From an uncultured Methanosarcinaceae archaeon (GTDB lineage: Archaea; Halobacteriota; Methanosarcinia; Methanosarcinales; Methanosarcinaceae), in contig CAVTET010000001.1 in NCBI GenBank assembly GCA_963733675.1, forward strand, positions 960,001-1,024,000: a stretch of 64,000 nt of DNA. Reading direction: 5' to 3'. A program made the translations under genes and the position numbers. The notes under the pieces were generated by a model. The model was not told where the DNA came from, ran no database searches, and worked only from the letters and a program-made list of their open reading frames with translations. Below, in pieces: positions 36,580 through 48,983 of the stretch (within the stretch, counting starts at the first letter, position 1; each line of letters begins with the position of its first letter).

Positions 36580-38526
36580 ATGAAAATAAATATGGGACGA
36601 TTTACGGCAAACAGTTTAAATCCTGTGATCGGTCTGGCAAATGATGGGACTATTCTTTATTCAAATGGCGCAGGTGATCCCTTATTATATGAGTGGAACG
36701 TGAGAGTCGGGGAAAAATTGCCTTCTTATATCGAAGATTTCAAGCAAAAGATAATTTTCCAGAAGAGCCCAAAAAAAATGGAAGTCAAAGTGGGAAATGA
36801 AGTATACCTGGTCACATTTCATCCCACACCTGATGAAAGAGAAATAACCCTTTATGGATTTGATATAACTGATCAGAAAGAACTTGAAAAAAAACTTCAG
36901 GAAAGCGAAAAAAAATATCGTGATATAGTAGAGACGGCTAAAGAAGTAGACGCTAAATTGGGAGATACATTTGACTACATAGTAGAGACAGCTAATGAAG
37001 TAAACGCTAAGTTGAAAGAAACACTTAATCATTTAGAAGAATTAGTTAGAAAACGTACATTGGAACTTGAGAGTGCTTATATATCTTTAAAGGAAAACGA
37101 ACTAAGGCTTGCTGAAGCTCAACTGATAGCTCATGTCGGAAATTGGGACTGGAATCTTGTAACTAATGACATGTATTGGTCTGATGAAATGCATCGCATT
37201 TTTGGGCTTGATTCTCAAAAATTTAGTGCTACTTATGATAACTTTTTAAGTTGTATCCATCCCGACGATAGAGATTATGTGGATAATGCCACTAAGGAAG
37301 CTTTACAAGGAAAAACTTATGCACTTGATTATAAAATCGTTTTAGCTAGTAGAGAAGAACGCATAATTCATTCAGAAAGAGAAGTTACTTTTGAGAAAGA
37401 AGATACCCCTATTCGAATTAGAGCGACAGTTCAGGATATTACTGAGCGTAAAGAAGCTGAAGAGAAAATTCGAACCTTGGCGAATATTGTGGAATCAACA
37501 AGTGATGCTATACTTATTTTATCCCTTGATGGTATTATTACTATATGGAATGAGGGTGCAGAGCAGCTTTATGGTTATTCATCAGAAGAAATTATAGGGG
37601 AAAGCATATCAATACTCACACCAGATGATCTCAAAAGTGAAACAAAAAAGCTAATTGAAATGGTTAAGCTGGGAGAAAAGATCCAGCACTATGTAACTTC
37701 AATGTTAAGAAAAGATGACAAGTTAATACATATTTCAATGGCTCTTTCTCCGGTTTTTAATACATCTAGAAAACTTGTGGCTATCTCAGCTATTACTAGA
37801 GATATTACTCAGAAAATTGATGCCGAAAAATCTTTATTAAAAGCTCAAAAAACCAGAAAGAAAGAACTCCATCATAGAATCAAAAACAATTTGCAAGTGA
37901 TCTCTTCCCTACTGAATCTGCAAGCTGATAAATTTGAAAATAGAGCGTTTATTAAAAATTCGGAAGTTTTGGAAGCTTTCAGAGAAAGCCAAGATAGAGT
38001 GATATCTATGGCTCTTATTCACGAGGAACTATATAATGGTAACAAATTCGAAACTCTGAATTTATCGGCATATATTCGAAAACTGGTTGAAAAACTTTTC
38101 CAGACTTACAGATTAGATGACAAAAATATTCATTTGCATATGGACCTGGAAGAAAATATGTCCTTAAATATGGATGATGCAGTTCCTTTTGGAATAATTG
38201 TCACTGAACTAGTTTCAAACTCTCTTAAACATGCATTTTCAGGGAGAGATGAAGGAAAAATATATGTCAAACTGCATAAAAACGAAGCTGGAGAACTCAT
38301 AAGTAACAGAGAAGAAGGTAAATGTAAAAGCTTTAAGAGTACCAGTTTCATTTTGAAAGTTTCTGATGATGGGGTAGGCATACCGAAAAGTATCGATTTA
38401 GGAAATCCCAACAGTCTTGGTATGCAGTTGATAACCACTCTAGTAGATCAATTAGATGGAGAACTTAAACTGGAACAGAATAATAAAACGGAATTTACGA
38501 TTAGATTCATAGTAACAGAGAAATAA
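36580..38526 (+). CDS. PAS/PAC sensor histidine kinase (HisKA_2 type)
   Basis: PAS folds, ELHHRIKNNLQVISSLL, ELVSNSLKHAF, SDDGVG, SLGMQL. Confidence 0.9.
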   Translation: MKINMGRFTANSLNPVIGLANDGTILYSNGAGDPLLYEWNVRVGEKLPSYIEDFKQKIIFQKSPKKMEVKVGNEVYLVTFHPTPDEREITLYGFDITDQKELEKKLQESEKKYRDIVETAKEVDAKLGDTFDYIVETANEVNAKLKETLNHLEELVRKRTLELESAYISLKENELRLAEAQLIAHVGNWDWNLVTNDMYWSDEMHRIFGLDSQKFSATYDNFLSCIHPDDRDYVDNATKEALQGKTYALDYKIVLASREERIIHSEREVTFEKEDTPIRIRATVQDITERKEAEEKIRTLANIVESTSDAILILSLDGIITIWNEGAEQLYGYSSEEIIGESISILTPDDLKSETKKLIEMVKLGEKIQHYVTSMLRKDDKLIHISMALSPVFNTSRKLVAISAITRDITQKIDAEKSLLKAQKTRKKELHHRIKNNLQVISSLLNLQADKFENRAFIKNSEVLEAFRESQDRVISMALIHEELYNGNKFETLNLSAYIRKLVEKLFQTYRLDDKNIHLHMDLEENMSLNMDDAVPFGIIVTELVSNSLKHAFSGRDEGKIYVKLHKNEAGELISNREEGKCKSFKSTSFILKVSDDGVGIPKSIDLGNPNSLGMQLITTLVDQLDGELKLEQNNKTEFTIRFIVTEK

Positions 38527-38690
38527 AAAGGCGTTAACTAATATAAGATACACAGTTTTTCTAGCATAAACTATGCATAATCAAGTGATTCATATTTAAT
38601 CATTGATCCAGAAGAACAAAATGATAAGTAATGCTGGAGACTCAAAAAAAAGGACAATCGATTTTTTCTGATGATCTTTTTCCTAGTTCA

Positions 38691-39806
38691 TCAAGAGCTG
38701 GAGTAAGATACATCAAGACGTGAAGTAAGAGACCATAGAGTCTCTAATCTTCGCAGAAGAGCATCTGCTCCCCTGTGAATATACTCGGATTGAACTTCGT
38801 ATTTAAAATAAACTGCTTTCTCACTAATTTTTGCTTGCCTGGATTCATCCAAATATAGGACGAGAGACATTAGAATAGGGGACCAGAGATGAAAGAGTCT
38901 CTGCCCTTCGCAGAAGAGCAGTGGCTCCCCTACGAAGATACTCAGATTGACTCGGGTGTTTTGAATAAATGGTTTTCCTACTAATTTCTTTTTGTTTGGA
39001 TGCATCTAGATATGGAATAATAGCTGAGAGAGCCTGTACCTTCATGCATTTATCTTTAAGATTGAAAGCTGATTCAAGTGCTTGTTCTAGAATTTCTTCT
39101 TTTCTTTGCTTATCCATATGTGGAAGAAGGAGAGAAAAAGACTCTATTCTTTTAGATTCAGATATAATTCCGGATACTAGCTCAAGGGCTTTTTCCATAG
39201 TTGCTTCATTTTTTGATCCTGAAAGATGCGGAACAAGCAAAGAGAGGATCTGGAACTTTGCATCTCCATATTGAATTTTGGAGGAGAAATCTAAAATATG
39301 CTCAATAAGTTCTTCTTTATCATGTCCTTTAAGATGATGGACAAGTGAAGAAAGAACAAGGGCTCTTTCGTTTTCATCTTGAATATTGGAGGAAGAATAA
39401 ATAGCTTTTTCTATAAGTTCAACCCTTTTTTCCCTTCCAGAATCGGAACAAGTAGGGAAAGAGCCTGGGCCCTTAAATCTCCATATTGAATATTACAAGC
39501 AAAATCAAGGGCTTTTTCTATAAATTCTTCTTTTCCTGACCCCTTCAGTTGAGAGATGGTTGTAACTCTCTGATCAAATTGATTATGCATATTCTGTCTC
39601 TGCAGCTTTCCGGTGCAAGTACTACTTTTTGCTATAACTTTGTTGTCTAAGGCAATTTTTTCAGTTCCCAATGTGTCAAAATGCTCTATATCCTGAGCAT
39701 TACTACTTTTTTCTCTGAAATCCGCAAACAACTTATTGAATTCTTCAATCACTTTATCTCTGTCATTTGTATTTTGTTTTATATCAACAGAACGATTTTC
39801 TACCAT
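38691..39806 (-). pseudogene. Helical-repeat hypothetical protein broken into several frames
   Basis: Repeating EKALDF..IQYGDL(R/K)xQALSLLVPxL units spread over multiple ORFs. Confidence 0.65.
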
Positions 39807-40429
39807 AAATTTCTCACTCCCATATAAAATTTTAAAATTAATTATCTATTACTTTGTTCATAAATTCGGACCTTTAGACCTATTTTAAAAACTATACATT
39901 TTTGATATAAAACATATATTATTTATTAAGATATATGTAAGTGATAGTAAAACGATATGGTATATTAATATATTCTAACTGAAAATAAATTGTAATTATA
40001 AATAATGATAAATATCAATTCAGTTCCATACAAAAGCTTTAAAGTGTTTACAAGTCCAGTAAATTCAAAGGAAATATTTAAAACACGTAAGTAAATTTCG
40101 ATAAGTTTTCTTGATCTCTATTTTCAATGGCAGTGTATATAAAGTCCTGTAAATTCTGATTGACTCTGCATTTATGATAACTTGATCTTTTCATATTTAT
40201 ATGGTTATAATAAAATTCAATCAAGTTTTCCAAGAAGGGCAGGAGGAAAGATTAACATTTGTTATAAATCATGAGATTAATAAAATTCCTATACCAATTA
40301 GTTAAAGCTGGTACTATATAGTGTATGTTCAAAACTATATAAATGACGCCATATATTTAAAATCGTGTGGATAATGTTTGTGTAATTTTTAGTTACTACA
40401 GGAAAACAAAATTTTGGGGAAAATGAAAG

Positions 40430-40655
40430 GAGTTATGATATGCAGAAAATTATGGAAGTTAACATAAATGAGGCTACTTTACAAAAGTTGACCTTAACTT
40501 GAGAAACTTCAAAAGAGTTAATCTTAGAGGAGTTGACTTTATAAAAGCCAACTTAAAAAAATCCTGCTTTCGAGGAGTTAATCTTGAAGGAGCTGAATTT
40601 AGAGAAGCTCACTATTTAACATTTAAACAGGTTTCTAAAGTGAAGACACGACTCA
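40430..40655 (+). pseudogene. Degenerate pentapeptide-repeat gene fragment
   Basis: VNLRGVDFIKANL..VNLEGAEFREAHYLTFKQVSKVKT resembles the 3' end of 34815-35786. Confidence 0.6.
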
Positions 40656-41026
40656 TTCCCTTCATCATGAAAATTTAGTTCTGTATCAACTAATTTTCTG
40701 TCACTACAAAAAAATATAATTTATCGTTTTTACTGATGTAGATATTTTCCTACAAAAACCGTGCATGAAAAAGTTACACTTCTGCATAGCGAGCATTACT
40801 TTTCAAAGCTTTTAGATATTAATTGCATTGGATAGATGACGTTTTTAATTTTACAGAAAAAAATACACGTTATATAATTCTTTAAACATTTTATATTTAA
40901 ACCACACCAAAATAACACAAAAAATACAAAACAAAGATCGTAAATAAAAACAAAAAAGGAAGTATTAATGGAAAAATTTTTTGCAAAAGTGATTAATGAT
41001 TAAAAATTACTTCATCACTATTTTAC

Positions 41027-42880
41027 TCATTGAGTCTTTACTGTCCAAGTAGTCGTGTTTATTGAATTTATTGTTACTTGGTTGAATGAACCTGTTGCAA
41101 ATGCCTGATTAGTCACATAACCAGTTTTAAGATCAGACTGTGCTATTGTGTAGGTAGATGTTCCTGAAATGCAGTTTCCTGGGCTAAGAGTACCATTGCT
41201 TTGTATAGTGATTGGGCTTGTAGCAATTTTGTTGTCTATAACATTGATAGGTGCTGTGATATTCACATTTCCTGAGTTGGTTACAGTGTAGGTGTATGTG
41301 ATAGGCTGTCCGGCAGCATTATAAGTTATTGGAACTGCTGATTTTGTTATTGTCAGAGCTGGACTAATTACATCATTTGCTCTATCAATCAGCATAGTCC
41401 CATTTTTGGGCGAAAGTACCCCGTATATAATGTCAGTTTTTGTCTGGTGAATAAAATTTTTAAGATTAACAATCGCTAAATCTGTATATCCATGACTCAG
41501 ATATTCATTTGTATCTTGTAGTTCAGAGATCAATTTAATCCCAGATTGACTACTTAATTCATATGAAGTGACTAAATCTTGTATAAAAGAAATCATTTGA
41601 TAAATTTTCTGCGCAGGAGTCAGTACTACATTGATTATAACCTTCGCTGATGCAGTTGTATAATTTACAGCATCATTAGGCATGAAATCAACTTGTAACG
41701 TATGCATACCTGCAGTCAGTACAGTTCCTAAGGGTGGAGTATATATAAAGGTTCCATGTAATAAGGCTCCAGATATTGGATCTGAAGCATTTGTACTTAG
41801 CTGAGTGCGGCTCAATGGTGTATTATAGACTATATTAGCTGGGTTATTCCATAAAATTGTAGGAGCGGTTTTTCCTATAAACTGTCTGAAGGCTACGGAA
41901 TTATTTCCAACAGGCACTGTGGTTGCAACAGTATTTGTGGATGGGTTAATTACAGAAGTATTAATACCCCCATAATTTGCTGCATAAACTTGCTTCCCAT
42001 TCGGGGTAACTGCAATTCCAAAAAGCATGCTGTCTACACCAAGCACATTTGTAAGTATATTTGTAACTGCATTATTTGTTGTGTTAATAACAGAAATATT
42101 TCCCATGGAATCGTATTGGTTCGTTACATATACCTTTGTTCCATCCGGCGTGATTGTAACTCCATAAGGCCAATTCCCTACATTAACCGTGGCTGTAACA
42201 TTATTCGTAGTTGTGTTAATTATAGAAATATTATTGCTACCAGAGTTTGCTACGTATACCTTTGTTCCATCCGGTGTGACTGTAACTCCTTCAGGCCACT
42301 TTTCTACAGGCACCTGGGTTATAACAGTATTAGTTTTTGTGTTAATTACAGAGACGGTATCAATCCCAGCGTTCGAAACATATACCTTTGCTCCATCCGG
42401 TGTTACTGCAACTCCATAAGGTAAGTTTCCTACAGGCACACCGGCTGTAACGGTATTAGTTTTAGTATCAATTACCGAAACAGTGCCATCAACATAATTT
42501 GTCACATATACCTTTGTTCCATCCTGTGTTACTGCAACTCCGTAGGGCCAGTTTCCTACAGGCACCTGGTCTGTAACGGTATTAGTTTTAGTATCAATTA
42601 CAGAAACATTGTTGCTTGCTAAGTTTGTTACATAAACATTTTTTCAGTTTGGGGTGACTGCAATTCCCCAAGGACCGTGTAATCCACCAACTGTGGCTGT
42701 AATAAGTTTTGTGGCAGTGTCAATCACAGCTACTTCGTTATCGCCGTACTTGGTAATATATGCATATGGTGCCGCACCTGCTCTACACACCAGCATAAAA
42801 ACCAAAGCTGTTAAAACTAAGGCTATGGAATACAACTTTTTTTTATTTATCATGCATTTTCTCATTTTCCGATGTCTCAT
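41027..42880 (-). pseudogene. YVTN beta-propeller cell-surface protein with Ig-like C-terminal domains; in-frame TGA
   Basis: Signal peptide plus repeated P.GVAVTPDGTKVYVTN; TGA (42646-42644) at the Gly of TPNG, frame continuous with the 512-aa ORF. Confidence 0.85.
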
Positions 42881-43344
42881 GTATTATAAAGTTTGAATAT
42901 GTTATATTCGGTATAGATATTCATTGATCTGCTTCTTAGTATTGTAGAATCACCAACTTTTGATATCAAATAAAATCGTATTGGTTATAACCACTAAATT
43001 TGTTATCTTCCCACTAATCCAACCATTTTGATTCAAAATAAAAGTATATTAACGAGAATGTAGAATAAGTTGTATAAACCCCAGTAATTTAAAAAATAAT
43101 CAACTTTTTGTGTATTTGTAATCAGAAACAGTATGTATTTTTCCTGCGTAAAGAATTTTGAAAAACAGTTTTTTCGATTCTATCATCCTTATTCTATATT
43201 TCCAGATAGTTTACTCTAGCATAGAGAGAACTGACAAGTTCAGCTCAAGTAATTTTCCTTATGATGCATGGACAGGTTCGAGTAAAATTAAAGAATCCAG
43301 GGCTTCGATTGTATTCGCTAATATCATCATGCACGAATAATGTT

Positions 43345-43620
43345 TGTGTAGTTAGTGAGATAACCAACTTGATGCTTTTAAGCTTATTTTTCTCTAACTG
43401 TTTAACTCGTTCTACTAACAGACTGAGTAATTTCTGTTTTTCATTGGGAAGAAAAAGGATACAGAGTCAACTACACTTTACAGAACTTTCGGTACACTGC
43501 CAAATCTATATAATTCTTATTTCCTTATTTTTCTATTTACAATGGTTGTTTGGGTTAATTAATTCCAAGTGTTTCACTAGCTCTATATGTTCTAGAAGGT
43601 CCATAAGCTCCATGAGTAAC
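43345..43620. repeat. Dispersed repeat with 9-bp periodic core, copy B
   Basis: Aligns over ~270 bp with the copy at 51495. Confidence 0.85.
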
Positions 43621-43878
43621 AGATCTTTATATGGAGTGTATCCTTTCAGTGAATCTTTATACCAAGGATTGAAATAACTGTATACTCTAAATTGTTTTAA
43701 ACTTTCACTTTTTTCTTTCCAACTGTGCAAGTCCTACCACACTTTTTATTAAGATACATATGTTTTTTAACACACACGACTGTTTTTAAATACACTTATC
43801 TATATATACACAAATGCTCATATTATTAACACAATTTCTAATTATACTGATATATAGGACATTAAAAAGACGTTTATT

Positions 43879-45657
43879 TTGGCACTTAGCTTAGTATTCA
43901 GTCAAAATATCAAAATAATATTTAAAAGACGGTCTATTATGGAAATGGAGTCTAAAGTATTCTTTCTATTAATCAGTATGATTTTATTTTCGGGGACTGC
44001 ACTTGCGACATCTCTGACCTTGAAATCTGCGGCACAGCCTTATTACATTGATCCACAACATAATTTGTGGCTTAAAGTCAACATTAACGGCAGCACACAA
44101 CATTTCAATGTGTATAATACACCTGGCTATCCCCCAAATGGGGATGCAGTCATGTGGGCATACGATAACTTTAGCTCAGGCAGCTTAAATACATCAAAGT
44201 GGACAGCATACAAAGAAGGAAACAATAATTCAACAGTAGACATACAGCATGGACATCTGGTGTTGTCAGGCTCTGATAACACATCTTCTGCAAATGTTGT
44301 GCTGAATAAATCGTTCACGAACGGCATTGAATTGGCGGTCAATGAAACACTAACAGGGGGTACCCATAACTTAGGCACATTCTCTAATGCTTCTTTTGGT
44401 CTCGGTACACTCGTAGGTGGGATTAGGGGAACAGATTGGTGGCATACACATTTCAAAGCTGGTGGTGGCTCATTCCAAAGTCAAGGAATAGACAAAGCAA
44501 TAATTTGGGTAAACTCAAACAGTTCGGATATTAATGTGCCAATCCCTGGGATCAGACTAAATGATTACGTCCAAGAGAATATTTCACATACAGTGGCATA
44601 CAGTCATGATTCTTCTGGTAATGCAAATATGTACATGCTAAATGTAACTCAAAATCGTCTACCCTTATCTATACCTGATCCATATTGGTATAACCAGTTC
44701 AATCACCCATCTATCTATTTCAATAAGACTGGCATATTTGGTCACAAATGGTGGATGTTTATTACACCATATGCATACTCGAGAGGTGAGCTTGAAAATG
44801 CATGTTTGTACTATTCTGATGATGGCCTAATTTGGCATGTACCGCCAGGAGTGAAAAATCCTATTGGAACACCAATAGAATCTGAGTATGAATCAAATGC
44901 TTATGGTCTTGATCCGTATGGTTCTGATCCATACGGTTCTGATTCACGTGGTTCTGATCTATATGGATCTGATTCGCATATAATATACAATCCTAATATC
45001 GGGAAATTCATGTGCTACTATGTAATAGTAGATGTCGTTGGTGATGAAACCGTAGAAGATCCGAAGGTTAAGACTTATGATGGTATTACTGTTTCACCAG
45101 AAATAAATGTCAATGGTCATGGTGTATCACCAGCTGTATTGTATGATGAAGCTACGAGAACATATTACATGTGGATTGTTGATATCGATCCTACCCCGCA
45201 TGTAATATACAGATACACGTCCACTGATGGGATTCATTTTAGTAATAAGCAAGCAGTGGGTCTATCAAGTTAATATCACCCCTGGCATATTAATGTAATG
45301 AATTATCCAGGAAAATCGACAATTTATGCATTACTTACAATGTATAGTAACAACGGATTCACCGGCGATCTACATATTGCAACTGCAAATAACTACACCG
45401 ATAATTTTACAGTTCAAAACACATCACTTCTAAAACTCAAGGAATCATCATGTCCAACACATAAGGATACTCTGTTATATCGTAGTGCAGGTGTATTTAG
45501 TGATGACGGAAACATCTTGAAACTCTGGATACCTGTGCAAGATAATAATGGAGTTTGGACTGTTTTTTACACGCAAGCAACTAAGGAAAAAGGTGTCTGG
45601 AAAGTTGGAAATTTCACAACTCCGCGTGCACCGCTTATGACAACCAAAAACACATAA
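43879..45657 (+). pseudogene. Secreted protein with glycoside-hydrolase-like beta-propeller, split by an in-frame TAA
   Basis: Signal peptide; NQFNHPSI, WMFITPY, ENACLYYSDDG, VSPAV, HPWH, LLYRSA; TAA at 45271-45273 in frame with the 45298 ORF. Confidence 0.7.
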
Positions 45658-46447
45658 TACCTCTACACACCAAAACAATGGATGATATCACAAGGCGATT
45701 CGCCAAAAAGTCATGGAGTCAAAAGAGAAATCAATGAAGTTTGGGGGTATAAAATAGGTCACACACCAAAAATAAATGTAAAAAATATGGGGACGTACAC
45801 TCAAATTGATGTTAAGCCGACCAATTTATAAAACGTGTTTGATTATCAGGTAATGATCCCTGCTAGTATGCTTAACATATCATCCCAGAGAGAATCTCTG
45901 GATGTTGAGCATGCATAAGTACACAAAATAAACAGCGTTGTATAAAGGGCAGCTTGTAAATCTCAATTTTAGTAATTTAATTAGGGCTTACAAGGCTGTC
46001 TTCTGCAAGACTATGTTAACAGGGGTTAAAAATCACATTTTATGAAGTTCAAAAATTCCAATATTCAAAAATTATGCGGATAAAACAATGACTTTAACAT
46101 AAAAATATAGACTACAAGATATATTCATTGGTACGCTGTTTATCAATTGCCTTTGAAGTGTGCATAAGCTTAAAATGGTTAGGATATTATAAAATATCTT
46201 ATTATAACATATTAGAATGTAATGAAGATAATCAGATATAATGCTGCTGTTAAAGTGTCTGGTTTACCATCATTTTCATCCATTTTGCTTCCGTTCCGTG
46301 ACTGATCAGATTCTGTTTTACAGAACTTTCAGGACACTGTTTATCCAGGTAAAGTACCAAACATCCGATAAAATCTGATTAACTTCGTACTTTTTTCTTT
46401 ACCACAACAGAAAAGGATAAAGAGCTGGTCACACTTTACAAAACTTA

Positions 46448-46795
46448 TCAATTTTTTTGAATTTTTTCGTCAATTTGCAGCTTATTCTCCATTTGAGTAC
46501 CAAAATCGCCTTCAAAACTATTTTTTGCTCTGTAATACCCAAGGAAGTAACCAATAATTATTGCACCAGTAGCTGCCTGAAGGCCAAAAAGCAGACTTTC
46601 GATTTCATCACTTGGGGGAACCCAGATAGGTTTCGCAATAGGTTTGTAAGCCCCACCTGTAATTTGATCAATAACGGCTGCAGGTTTGTCGTCAGCTCCA
46701 CCATATTCGGCATGTGTAGTAGAAGACATATAAAAGAACTGGGCTGCAAAAATCAGAATTATAGCAATCACGATAAATTCAAGTTTCCTGCTCAT
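46448..46795 (-). CDS. cbiN: Cobalt ECF transporter component CbiN
   Basis: [34 protein letters not shown]. Confidence 0.9.
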   Translation of the reverse strand: MSRKLEFIVIAIILIFAAQFFYMSSTTHAEYGGADDKPAAVIDQITGGAYKPIAKPIWVPPSDEIESLLFGLQAATGAIIIGYFLGYYRAKNSFEGDFGTQMENKLQIDEKIQKN

Positions 46796-47499
46796 GCAGC
46801 AAGCCCCCTGATTTTGCGAACTAAAGATTCGGTCAATACGTTCATTTCAACAAGGATATCACTCTTGACTTCAATCACGTACTTGAAGAGTAGGGCACTA
46901 ACAGCGCCTTCGATGATTGCCAGGGGTATCTGAGTAATTGCGAAGACTTCCAGAAATTTGCTGAATGAACTGAAGAAACCCACATAATTTAAGATTCCTC
47001 CTGCAGGAAATGCCAAAGCAAGTTCCGTAGAAGTTGTAATATAAGTAGCCCAGTCTCCGAAAGCTGCAGCCAGAAAGACAATTAAATAAAAGTTGATTTT
47101 GGTTCTCATTCCGGCCTTATAAATTAGGTATGACACCACAGGACCCACGATGCCCATTGAGAATACATTTGCTCCGAGGGTCGTAAGCCCACCATGAGCT
47201 AGGAAGAGAGCTTGGAAAATCAGCACAATCGTCCCAAGAACTGCAGTAATCGCAGGTCCAAAAATGATTGCACCTACACCTGTTCCTGTAGGGTGGGAAC
47301 AACTTCCTGTAACGGAAGGCATTTTCAAGGAGGAAAGTACGAAGATAAATGCACCTGCGACAGCAAGGATAGGTAATATCTCGCGTTTTTTGTTCACTAA
47401 TTTATTCATTTTGTAAACACCAAATGCGACCACTGGTATTGATACTGCAAACCATACTAGACACCAAAATACCGGTAAAAAGCCTTCCATTATATGCAT
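46792..47499 (-). CDS. cbiM: Cobalt ECF transporter substrate component CbiM
   Basis: [10 protein letters not shown]-terminus (ATG 47499, RBS GGTGA), [18 protein letters not shown]. Confidence 0.92.
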   Translation of the reverse strand: MHIMEGFLPVFWCLVWFAVSIPVVAFGVYKMNKLVNKKREILPILAVAGAFIFVLSSLKMPSVTGSCSHPTGTGVGAIIFGPAITAVLGTIVLIFQALFLAHGGLTTLGANVFSMGIVGPVVSYLIYKAGMRTKINFYLIVFLAAAFGDWATYITTSTELALAFPAGGILNYVGFFSSFSKFLEVFAITQIPLAIIEGAVSALLFKYVIEVKSDILVEMNVLTESLVRKIRGLAA

Positions 47500-47534
47500 A
47501 AGATCACCATGAAATATCAAGTCAAGTAACTATG

Positions 47535-47657
47535 ATTAAGACTCACGCACTTGAGGTACAAAATCAAGCTTAATAGACTAAGTAGTTTAAACTTGAATTT
47601 TAACCAGCATAAGGTTTAATGCAGTTGATTTTTCAGTTAAACAGTGTGAGTCTTAAT
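47535..47657. mobile_element. ~120-bp MITE, 12-bp perfect inverted ends
   Basis: ATTAAGACTCAC / GTGAGTCTTAAT; homologous to 63546-63665. Confidence 0.75.
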
Positions 47658-47954
47658 ATTATCTTAAGTAAAGGTTAGTTAATTTAAATCAAATTTAGTT
47701 GTTTTAAACCTAAATAAAGATTGTTATTTAAAAAAACCAACTGCATAACAATTTATAAAAGTAATTTAGTGTAACAATCGCACTCAATGTAAAATAAATT
47801 ATAGATTAAAACAAGTTAAACCTAAATCAATAGATGGTTCTTTTGGAACGTTATTTATATTGCTTCAAATAATCCCCTTAAGAAACCTGAGATGTTCCCA
47901 CATCTCCAGACGTCGGTGATCTTGGAGATGAGATGAGTCTAGATGTGCTGGTGT

Positions 47955-48296
47955 TTATGCGGCTGGTTTTGTTCCTGGATCTTTTGATGCTGTTTCTGGA
48001 AATAGAGTTGCTCCTGCAAGATTTGGACTTGGATCTGGAGCTTTTGCGGGCTCTGCAGGTTCTGAAGCATTCACACTATATGGCATTCCACCGTATGAAG
48101 GACAAATCCAATTACCGTTTACCCATACACAACCAGTACCATAGCCCTAGTAAGGATGAATTCCCCAGCCCCAGACGCCACCCCAGCGACCGCCACCATG
48201 TGCACTAACTGCCACTGTTGTCACAGATAATACAAGAAGTACTGCCAGCAAAATGGTCAGTATCTTTTTTAATCTACTCACTTTTTGTTTCAACAT
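47955..48296 (-). CDS. Secreted Gly/Trp-rich then Pro/Ala-rich small protein with in-frame TAG at codon 50 (Pyl readthrough or pseudogene)
   Basis: MLKQKVSRLKKILTILLAVLLVLSVTTVAVSA-HGGGRWGGVWGWGIHPY*GYGTGCVWVNGNWICPSYGG...KPAA; hairpin at 47901-47930 after the TAA. Confidence 0.7.
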
Positions 48297-48866
48297 TTAA
48301 CTCATTCCTTTCTTGTTAGGTTTAATACAATCTTAATCCGGCTAGAAAATAATTTGTTGAGATCGGAGGTTTATTTTAACTTTCATGTGGCTGTATGGTA
48401 AACTTGTATTTAATATTTTTCGTTTATTTAATTATATTTTATGCTATTAAAGTTAAAAATTGTGTTATTTATTCCAAAAAAAGAATTTATATATGTTACT
48501 GATTGAACAATCATTCGTCAAATCAATTAAATTAAAGACCCAAAAATTTTGATATTTTACAGATGCTATGCCAGAAAAGATTTTTGGAAATATTGAAATT
48601 ATAGATGTTCAGGTTTTTCTTACCTGGCTATCTAAAATATTTACACTTACAAGCCAGCAAAAGTTTGTTAATATCAAGTAGGCAGTGTACTAGATTTCTG
48701 TAAATTTTGAATGGTTATACGCCTTTTATTCACTATTTGTTCTAATTCATGGACCTAATTATCATTACAATTCACATTTTGACTCAAAATGCAATGCTTC
48801 TCTTGGATCTATGCAAGATGGGAATAAAGCTTTACTTATGAATAAAATTAAAAATTGTCCGAAAAA

Positions 48867-48894
48867 GTAATATAAATATACATATATGTAATAC
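48867..48894. promoter_or_regulatory. Putative NikR operator overlapping a TATA-like box
   Basis: GTAATA-N16-TAATAC, similar to the GTATGA-N16-TCATAC NikR box, upstream of nikM-like gene. Confidence 0.55.
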
Positions 48895-48983
48895 TGAACA
48901 AACTTGTGAAGTTAAACTAATACTCGGTCAGAATAAAGATTTCAGCTCAGAACCATAGGAAATTAGTTAGGGGAATAGATAAA

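Noticed and set aside
39411-39413. TAG ending the 131-aa ORF as a pyrrolysine codon
   Set aside because: The repeat protein continues in a different frame (ELIEKA), so this is a frameshift rather than amber readthrough
47933-48208. 91-aa plus-strand ORF in the track
   Set aside because: Antisense to the signal-peptide-bearing minus-strand gene, which has far better protein features
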